Shown: positions 32,320 through 39,432 of the stretch, piece by piece | Layout: each line of letters begins with the position of its first letter | Position numbering within the stretch: position 1 is the stretch's first letter | Program-made: the position numbers and the translations under genes | NCBI GenBank assembly: GCA_050173015.1 | Contig: JBFXLE010000007.1 | Coordinates: 32,001 to 96,000 of the forward strand | Reading direction: 5' to 3' | Source: Calditrichaceae bacterium | Lineage (GTDB): Bacteria; Calditrichota; Calditrichia; Calditrichales; JBFXGD01 | Length of the DNA: 64,000 nucleotides | Notes under the pieces: model-generated | The model's database searches: none | What the model saw: the letters and a program-made list of their open reading frames with translations, nothing else | What the model was told of the DNA's origin: nothing

Positions 32320-33855
32320 ATGAAATATTTTTTAATAGCGTTTATAATGCTTCTTACGGTTTTTATCAACAAAACAGAAGCGCAGAACCGGTGGCATTTC
32401 AATCCGGACTCGCTACAGGATATCACTGTATCGGGAAAGGCAATCGTGGATTCCTTTTCCATGCATGGAATGTACTTTCTTGATCAGGATGAGGACGGCG
32501 CTGCCGACTACCGTTTGATTTTCGGACCGGTCTGGTATCAGCCTGACAGCAGCGAGGCTATGAGACCGATAAATGATGAACTGATTTCTATCGACGGCGG
32601 ATTGCATGAATCAATGATCGATACGATCCCATCCATCGTGGTTTACAATATAAACGGCCACTTCTGGAGAGAGCCCTATGAGGCGGTCTGGAATCAGTTT
32701 GGCGGGCATCATGCAGGCGACGGAAGGGGTCATCACGGTGATTCGCACGGGTACGCGTTCGGATGGACGCAGGATTCCGTACGGACAATCAGCGCCGATG
32801 GCGTTGTTATCATCGATTCCACATTTTTTCATAACCACTTTTACCTTGATGAGAATACGGACGGTCTGCCGGATTATCTTCTTAATTTTGGACCTCCCTG
32901 GTACACGCCGGAATCCGGCGCGGTTCGACCGGAGAATGGTGAATCGGTATCCGTGACCGGCGGCGCGCTTGATCAACACGGAATTCCCATGCTGGTTGTT
33001 TATGAAATTAACGGGCAGATTTGGCGGGATTCCACCAACATCGGACATCATTTCGGGGGTGGTTGGATTGACAGGAATATGAGTGAAGGGCGCTATATTT
33101 ACACGCCATTCGATTCCCTGGATGGGATGTATATCAATCCCGGCTGGCACGGAGGCATGATGAATCACGATCACGGAGGTATGATGGCCGATAGTTTCTT
33201 CTGCCGGATTCTGGAAGTGTACCCCGGAAATATACCCGGTCATGACAGTCTCCATGTATTCGCCGGATACGAAATAGGCTTGTTTAATCCCGCCGGTGAG
33301 AATTCAATGTGGGAAAACGGTCATGGAGGCCGTCACATGAATTTCGCGTCCAACGTCGATTTTTCCATGCACTATACCGAAAGCCAGCTTCATGATTATC
33401 AGATTAACGAGGACATGATTGAAGCCAGGTACTGGGATGATCAGTCGGGCACATGGGTAAAAGCGCCAAATCAGATTCATGACAAGGCCATGAACACGCT
33501 GTCTTTCTCGACCGATGAAGTCAGTAATTACATCATTTTAACCGGATCCATGCTGACTACCTCCATTGACAATCCATCGGCGGGGATCATCAAAGATTTT
33601 GTATTAAGACAAAATTATCCCAATCCGTTTAATCCCGAAACAACCATTGAATTTGAATTAAAATCGGCTTCGGGCGTCGAATTGTCTGTTTATAATATAT
33701 TGGGTCAAAAGATCGCCACTTTGCTTGATAAAAATATGAACGCGGGATTACACAAACTGCAATTCGACGGAAAAAATTTACCATCGGGGCTCTATTTTTA
33801 CCGTTTAAAAGCGGGAACACAGGAATTTATTCGGAAAATGCAATTGATCAAATAA
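32320..33855 (+). CDS. Secreted His/Met-rich protein with duplicated domain and T9SS-type C-terminal domain
   Basis: Signal peptide; two YxLD..DG..DY.L.FGP.WY.P repeats; His/Met tracts; QNYPNPFNPETTI...LPSGLYFY. Confidence 0.85.
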   Translation: MKYFLIAFIMLLTVFINKTEAQNRWHFNPDSLQDITVSGKAIVDSFSMHGMYFLDQDEDGAADYRLIFGPVWYQPDSSEAMRPINDELISIDGGLHESMIDTIPSIVVYNINGHFWREPYEAVWNQFGGHHAGDGRGHHGDSHGYAFGWTQDSVRTISADGVVIIDSTFFHNHFYLDENTDGLPDYLLNFGPPWYTPESGAVRPENGESVSVTGGALDQHGIPMLVVYEINGQIWRDSTNIGHHFGGGWIDRNMSEGRYIYTPFDSLDGMYINPGWHGGMMNHDHGGMMADSFFCRILEVYPGNIPGHDSLHVFAGYEIGLFNPAGENSMWENGHGGRHMNFASNVDFSMHYTESQLHDYQINEDMIEARYWDDQSGTWVKAPNQIHDKAMNTLSFSTDEVSNYIILTGSMLTTSIDNPSAGIIKDFVLRQNYPNPFNPETTIEFELKSASGVELSVYNILGQKIATLLDKNMNAGLHKLQFDGKNLPSGLYFYRLKAGTQEFIRKMQLIK

Positions 33856-33941
33856 TTTGGCGGGGTTAAAACCCGGCGGATGCCAAATGATATAACATTA
33901 AATTCCGGTTTTTGGGGAAATGTAAATTCCGATTGACAATT

Positions 33942-34001
33942 TGGGCTGAAGCCCACCTTCATTAGGTTTCTCTTTAACCCCCGATCTAAAGATCGGGGCT
34001 A
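33942..34001. repeat. REP-like doublet abutting the hsdS stop
   Basis: TGGGCTGAAGCCCA and CCCCGATCT-AA-AGATCGGGG followed by CTA (hsdS TAG). Confidence 0.7.
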
Positions 34002-35399
34002 TGACACACCATTAAACGCTTCCCGTAAAACCGCCTGCATCAGTTGCCCTACCTGCGCTTTGCGGGATTTGACCTGTTTTTCCAGCACGTCGATTTTTGC
34101 CATTAGCCGGTCCACTTTTTCGACAATGGCTTGTTGTTCGGCAAGTGGTGGTAAAGCAAATACAGCATTCCTTAAAACAGATTGATTCAAATTATTCATG
34201 GTCTGCCCGATAGAATTGCATAACAATTCTTTCTGAAAATAATCTGAGATAAAACCTTGAATGAAAAAACCTTTATTTATGAAATTTGAAACTTTGATAA
34301 AAAATGAACCTGTTCCACATAGCCATCCTTTTTCATTTTCAGAAACAACGGCACATTTACTTAAATCACCACGTCTTGCTAAAACGACATCATTCATATC
34401 TAAAATATATCGAGACAAGCGGTTTTTAGTGGTCTGACTGACCATCATTTTTTTATTCGCAACTATTTGATTAGCAACAATATTCATTGGATTTACTAAT
34501 GGTATTCCATCCTGCACATAGTCTGACTTATGCAACATCGTTCCAAAAGGTCCGGTTGAAAATTTATTAATTAATCCCGTCAACCGACACCAAACCCACC
34601 CTTCCGGCAGGGTAAACGGTTTTTCTGCTTCGCTGATGGGCGGCAGTTCTTTTATTTTCTTCGTGCCCTTTGTGTCCTTTGCGAGCCTGTCTTTTTCGGC
34701 TTTGATTTTTTCCAGCAACGCTTTAGCGGAATAATTGGGATCGTTCTCACAAAGTTCACGAAGTTCACTAAGATTTTTACCGGTTTCCGCGGCCAGTTTG
34801 TTCCATTGCTGTTCACGCCATGTTGCGGTCAGTTTGCCTTCCACCGCTTCCTGTAAAATGGCCTGGCGAAGTTGTTTGAGATTGTCAGACTGTTGAGAAA
34901 TATGAAAATCAATGTCACCAATTTCATTTTCTGTTCTTTTGAAAAATTCAACGATTGATTTTTGTGTATCAATATCTGGTAAATCAATCTTTAATGGTAA
35001 TAGATGTTTTGGTTTAATTTCTGTTTTTATACCACCTTTAACCTGGTCTTTTAAAAGTTGAATGAACTTAGGACTTTTTAAAAATCGTTTAAAATATTCA
35101 ACATTAATTTTTTTATCATCAAACTGATAGGAAGAATAATGAATAGTTGCAGTAATATCGACATCACCACCGTAGACAGCCAAAGCGCCTTTTGCCACAT
35201 TTATTCCGGAAATCACAAGGTCGCCTTTTTTTGCAATAATCATATCCGTCTTTGATGATTTATCAGAAAAATGCATTCCACCAGAGAAATCGATTTTATC
35301 CAGTCTTTTTAGTTTAGATACGATCGGATCACTGGGTTTGTATTTACCGACTCGTTCTTTTAAGAATTCGCTTACTTCTGTTACTTGCCAATCAGCCAT
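33999..35399 (-). CDS. hsdS: Type I R-M specificity subunit
   Basis: Two TRDs; LRQAILQEAVEGKL, PFTLPEGWVWCRL and LPPLAEQQAIV. Confidence 0.93.
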   Translation of the reverse strand: MADWQVTEVSEFLKERVGKYKPSDPIVSKLKRLDKIDFSGGMHFSDKSSKTDMIIAKKGDLVISGINVAKGALAVYGGDVDITATIHYSSYQFDDKKINVEYFKRFLKSPKFIQLLKDQVKGGIKTEIKPKHLLPLKIDLPDIDTQKSIVEFFKRTENEIGDIDFHISQQSDNLKQLRQAILQEAVEGKLTATWREQQWNKLAAETGKNLSELRELCENDPNYSAKALLEKIKAEKDRLAKDTKGTKKIKELPPISEAEKPFTLPEGWVWCRLTGLINKFSTGPFGTMLHKSDYVQDGIPLVNPMNIVANQIVANKKMMVSQTTKNRLSRYILDMNDVVLARRGDLSKCAVVSENEKGWLCGTGSFFIKVSNFINKGFFIQGFISDYFQKELLCNSIGQTMNNLNQSVLRNAVFALPPLAEQQAIVEKVDRLMAKIDVLEKQVKSRKAQVGQLMQAVLREAFNGVS

Positions 35400-35434
35400 T
35401 ATTCAACTCACTCTTCAACTGTTCCAGTAATTCA

Positions 35435-36493
35435 TCACTTTTTCTTACCCCCAGAATTATCCTTACCAGGCTTTTTTCGGGGTAATTTCTTTTTCGCCGC
35501 TTCCAGTTTTTTCACCGTTTTATCAAAATCGCCATCTCTTTTATCCTTAGCAACGATACGTTGAATATTGAATTTTTCATACTCATCTTCGGCAAGGGCG
35601 GCGGCCAATTCCTGAGATATTTTTCCGGCATGGGTTAAAATATCGCGCTCATTCAATTGCAGAAAAGAATCCAGTTTTTTTCGCCAGTCGCGCATAAAAA
35701 CCTGTTTATGCCGTTTGGCCTGATCTTCGGCAAAATCCAGATACATGGTTACCACGCGGTTCAGGGCTTGCAGTTCTTCTTCATTCAAATAATTCTTGGC
35801 AATCCTTACATCGCCTTTGCGTACCTTTTCACCTTTCCATGAAGTTAACCCCATATTGGGTTTGGAAGCATCCGCGCGGTCATGTACAATTTCAGCGGCG
35901 GTTTGTCCGGAAATAGCAAAGTGCAGTTTATTTTGCACTGCCTTAAAAAACTCGGGAGTCTCTTCCGCTATGGGATCATAGTCAACCGCTAATTTGTAAA
36001 TTTCCTTTATTTTTTGATAAAAGCGCTGCTCGCTGGATCGAATATCCCTGATCCGTTCCAACAGTTCATCAAAATAATCCGAACCGATATTATGGACATT
36101 CTTCAAGCGTTCATCATCCATGGTAAATCCCTTGACCATGTACTCGTTCAAACGCGCGGTAGCCCAGCGCCGGAATTGTGTACCACGGTGCGAACGGACG
36201 CGGTAACCAATGGCGATGATCGCTTCCAGATTATAAAATTGTGTACTATAATTCTTACCATCAGCGGCAGTTGTCAAGAAATCCTTGACAACTGAATTTT
36301 CATCGAGTTCGCCTTCTTTAAAGATATTATTTATATGAAGGCTGATATTTTGCTTGGTGGTCTGAAACAATTCCGCCATTAACTTCTGTGTCAGCCAAAC
36401 CGTTTCATCCTGCAGACGCACTTCTATTTTAGTTTTACCGGATTCGGTTTGATAGATGATAATCTGCGAATCGGGTTTGTTGGTTTTAGCCAT
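35435..36493 (-). CDS. rhuM: RhuM family protein
   Basis: TVWLTQKLMAELF, YNLEAIIAIGYRVRS, FRRWAT and RIRDIRSSE. Confidence 0.92.
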   Translation of the reverse strand: MAKTNKPDSQIIIYQTESGKTKIEVRLQDETVWLTQKLMAELFQTTKQNISLHINNIFKEGELDENSVVKDFLTTAADGKNYSTQFYNLEAIIAIGYRVRSHRGTQFRRWATARLNEYMVKGFTMDDERLKNVHNIGSDYFDELLERIRDIRSSEQRFYQKIKEIYKLAVDYDPIAEETPEFFKAVQNKLHFAISGQTAAEIVHDRADASKPNMGLTSWKGEKVRKGDVRIAKNYLNEEELQALNRVVTMYLDFAEDQAKRHKQVFMRDWRKKLDSFLQLNERDILTHAGKISQELAAALAEDEYEKFNIQRIVAKDKRDGDFDKTVKKLEAAKKKLPRKKPGKDNSGGKKK

Positions 36494-37934
36494 GGTTCAA
36501 CTCGCTCTTTAACTGACTTAGTAACGCGTCGCTTTTTCTGAATGAATCGTGCAGCATATCCAATAATTCAGCGCTTGTGTGAGTGTGTTCTTCTTCGGCA
36601 ATATGCGGATTTTTAATATCCAGATTAAAACCATTCTTTTCTAATTCTTCAATAGAAACTTTCCAGGCCTGTTCGTTGGCTTCACGCTTTGTCCACCACC
36701 GGCGCAGATTTTCAAATTCAATTTTCTGGATCGTTTTGGTTTTAGAATAAGCCTTCATTCCTTGCGGCAGTTTATGTTCCCAATACCAGATTTCTTTGGT
36801 TGCCTGCCCGCCTGTGGTGGGGCCTTTTTCAAAAAACAACAGATTGGTTGCCACGCTGGCATAGGGTTGGAACACAGAATTAGGTAAACGCACAATGGTA
36901 TGCAGATTACATGTTTCCAGAAAATGCTGACGGATGCGCTGCTTGACGCCATCGCCGGTTAAAGATCCATCCGGCAAAACAATCGCCGCCCGACCGTTTT
37001 CTTTTAAATAGCGAATCATCAAAACCAGAAAAAGGTCGGCGCTTTCCGTGGTGCGGTAATTCTGCGGAAAATTAGTTTCCACACCATCGCTTACCGATGC
37101 CCCGAAAGGCGGATTGGCGAGAATCACATCCACACGGTCTTTATGTCCGATACCGGTGTATTCGCGATTCAGGCTGTCGATATAATCCACATTGGGCACT
37201 TCAATATCATGAAGGATCAGGTTGGTCACACACAGCATAAATGGCAGCGGCTTTAATTCCATACCGTGAATGGTGGCTTCCAGATTTTTTAAATCTTCCA
37301 CGCCTTTTACATCCTGTTTGCGGATATTCTCTATGGCACAGGTTAAAAATCCGCCGGTGCCACAGGCCGGATCCAGCACTTTTTCGCCTAAACGGGGATT
37401 GATCATTTCGGTCATAAATTCGGTTAACGCGCGGGGGGTGTAAAATTCACCGTAATTACCGGCGCTTTGCAAATCGCGTAAAATAGTTTCATAGATATCA
37501 CCAAAAACGTGGCGGTCTTCGGAACTGTTAAAATCGATTTCATTCAGTTTATTGACCACCTGGCGGATGATGGTGCCGTTCTTCATATAATTGTTGGTGC
37601 CGGAAAAGATTTCACGGACAATCAATGTTCGCTTGTTGCCATTGGAAATATCAAGATTTTTCAAGGCCGGAAACAGCGTATTGTCGATAAATTCCTGCAA
37701 CTCGATCCCGGTCATCCCTTCATCATCCGCCGCCCAGTTGCGCCATTGAATAGTTGAAGGGATTGGCGATTTATAATTTTCATTGAGCAGTTCCAGTTCC
37801 TGATCTTTATCATCCAGTATCTTGAGAGAGATCATCCAGCCTAATTGCTCGATACGCTGCGCGTCACCCGAAACGCCCGGATCTTTGCGCATGATGTTTT
37901 GAAGTGTTTTTATGATATTGCCGATATTTTTCAT
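36486..37934 (-). CDS. hsdM: Type I R-M N6-adenine methyltransferase
   Basis: GEFYTPR, DPACGTGGFL and NPPF. Confidence 0.96.
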   Translation of the reverse strand: MKNIGNIIKTLQNIMRKDPGVSGDAQRIEQLGWMISLKILDDKDQELELLNENYKSPIPSTIQWRNWAADDEGMTGIELQEFIDNTLFPALKNLDISNGNKRTLIVREIFSGTNNYMKNGTIIRQVVNKLNEIDFNSSEDRHVFGDIYETILRDLQSAGNYGEFYTPRALTEFMTEMINPRLGEKVLDPACGTGGFLTCAIENIRKQDVKGVEDLKNLEATIHGMELKPLPFMLCVTNLILHDIEVPNVDYIDSLNREYTGIGHKDRVDVILANPPFGASVSDGVETNFPQNYRTTESADLFLVLMIRYLKENGRAAIVLPDGSLTGDGVKQRIRQHFLETCNLHTIVRLPNSVFQPYASVATNLLFFEKGPTTGGQATKEIWYWEHKLPQGMKAYSKTKTIQKIEFENLRRWWTKREANEQAWKVSIEELEKNGFNLDIKNPHIAEEEHTHTSAELLDMLHDSFRKSDALLSQLKSELNHG

Positions 37935-37947
37935 GTGGTTCCCTTTA

Positions 37948-38029
37948 TACTCACTAAGTTCACGAAGGACACAAAGAAAAAATTAACTTTAAAATACTCT
38001 TTGTGATCATTGTGTGCTTCGTGAGAGTC
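37948..38029. repeat. Hairpin repeat 1 of the GxxExxY array (9-nt periodic arms)
   Basis: CACTAAGTT-CACGAAGGA-CACAAAGA ... TCTTTGTG-ATCATTGTG-TGCTTCGTG-AGAGTC. Confidence 0.9.
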
Positions 38030-38409
38030 TACAATTTTCCGTTAATGATTCGTTTTAGCCCGTTTTTTAATAACACTTCGTTAAAATTTATTACCAATCC
38101 GAGTTTTAAACCGGATAATTTCAGATAAGTTAGTGTTTGTTTGAAATGAATGTCTTCCAGTTTTTTTACCGATTTGAGTTCTAATAGAACCTCATTTCCA
38201 ACAATTATATCCGCTCTAAAACCTTTATCAAACTGCAGATTTTCATAGACGACTGGAATGTCTTTCTCTACGTCAACCGATAATCCTGCCTTATTTATCT
38301 CATAAGCTAAAACATCACGGTAAACCGATTCCAGTAAACCAGGACCCAGTTTTGTATGAACTTTTAAAGCGCATTCAATAATAATTTTAGATATTTCATT
38401 TTCATTCAT
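38029..38409 (-). CDS. GxxExxY protein (PD-(D/E)XK nuclease family), copy 1
   Basis: GPGLLESVY and RADIIV..VLLELKS. Confidence 0.93.
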   Translation of the reverse strand: MNENEISKIIIECALKVHTKLGPGLLESVYRDVLAYEINKAGLSVDVEKDIPVVYENLQFDKGFRADIIVGNEVLLELKSVKKLEDIHFKQTLTYLKLSGLKLGLVINFNEVLLKNGLKRIINGKL

Positions 38410-38417
38410 TTATTCTA

Positions 38418-38498
38418 TCTCACGATGTTCACGAAGGACACAAAGAAAAAATTAACTTTAAAATACTCTTTGTGATCATTGTGTGCTTCGTGAGAGTC
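38418..38498. repeat. Hairpin repeat 2
   Basis: TCTCACGA...TCGTGAGA arms. Confidence 0.9.
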
Positions 38499-38878
38499 TA
38501 CAATTTTCCGTTAATGATTCGTTTTAGCCCGTTTTTTAATAACACTTCGTTAAAATTTATTACCAATCCGAGTTTTAAACCGGATAATTTCAGATAAGTT
38601 AGTGTTTGTTTGAAATGAATGTCTTCCAGTTTTTTTACCGATTTGAGTTCTAATAGAACCTCATTTCCAACAATTATATCCGCTCTAAAACCTTTATCAA
38701 ACTGCAGATTTTCATAGACCACAGGAATGTCTTTCTCTACGTCAACCGATAATCCTGCCTTATTTATCTCATAAGCTAAAACATCACGGTAAACCGATTC
38801 CAGTAAACCAGGACCCAGTTTTGTATGAACTTTTAAAGCACATTCAATAATAATTTTAGATATTTCATTTTCATTCAT
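38498..38878 (-). CDS. GxxExxY protein, copy 2
   Basis: Protein identical to copy 1. Confidence 0.93.
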   Translation of the reverse strand: MNENEISKIIIECALKVHTKLGPGLLESVYRDVLAYEINKAGLSVDVEKDIPVVYENLQFDKGFRADIIVGNEVLLELKSVKKLEDIHFKQTLTYLKLSGLKLGLVINFNEVLLKNGLKRIINGKL

Positions 38879-38886
38879 TTTTTCTA

Positions 38887-38967
38887 TCTCACGATGTTCA
38901 CGAAGGACACAAAGAAAAAATTAACTTTAAAATACTCTCTGTGATCATTGTGTGCTTCGTGAGAGTC
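38887..38967. repeat. Hairpin repeat 3
   Basis: Same as repeat 2 with one substitution. Confidence 0.9.
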
Positions 38968-39347
38968 TACAATTTTCCGTTAATGATTCGTTTTAGCCCG
39001 TTTTTTAATAACACTTCGTTAAAATTTATTACCAATCCGAGTTTTAAACCGGATAATTTCAGATAAGTTAGTGTTTGTTTGAAATGAATGTCTTCCAGTT
39101 TTTTTACCGATTTGAGTTCTAATAGAACCTCATTTCCAACAATTATATCCGCTCTAAAACCTTTATCAAACTGCAGATTTTCATAGACCACAGGAATGTC
39201 TTTCTCTACGTCAACCGATAATCCTGCCTTATTTATCTCATAAGCTAAAACATCACGGTAAACCGATTCCAGTAAACCAGGACCCAGTTTTGTATGAACT
39301 TTTAAAGCACATTCAATAATAATTTTAGATATTTCATTTTCATTCAT
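38967..39347 (-). CDS. GxxExxY protein, copy 3
   Basis: Identical protein; the ORF-track extension to 39464 runs through the hairpin. Confidence 0.93.
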   Translation of the reverse strand: MNENEISKIIIECALKVHTKLGPGLLESVYRDVLAYEINKAGLSVDVEKDIPVVYENLQFDKGFRADIIVGNEVLLELKSVKKLEDIHFKQTLTYLKLSGLKLGLVINFNEVLLKNGLKRIINGKL

Positions 39348-39350
39348 TAC

Positions 39351-39431
39351 GACTCTCGCAAAGTTCACAAAGGCCACGAAGAAAAAAGATTTAACTAAAA
39401 AACTTTGTGTTCTTTGTGCGCTTAGTGAGTA
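39351..39431. repeat. Hairpin repeat 4 (divergent)
   Basis: GACTCTCGCAAAGTTCACAAAGGCCACGAAG ... CTTTGTGTTCTTTGTGCGCTTAGTGAGTA. Confidence 0.88.
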
Positions 39432-39432
39432 A

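Noticed and set aside
32611-33255. 214-aa antisense ORF and other short overlapping ORFs in the track
   Set aside because: Shadows of well-supported genes with no recognisable motifs.
37948-39431. GxxExxY array read as a CRISPR or true integron array
   Set aside because: The intervening units are near-identical genes rather than unique spacers, and the hairpins lack RYYYAAC/GTTRRRY boxes.
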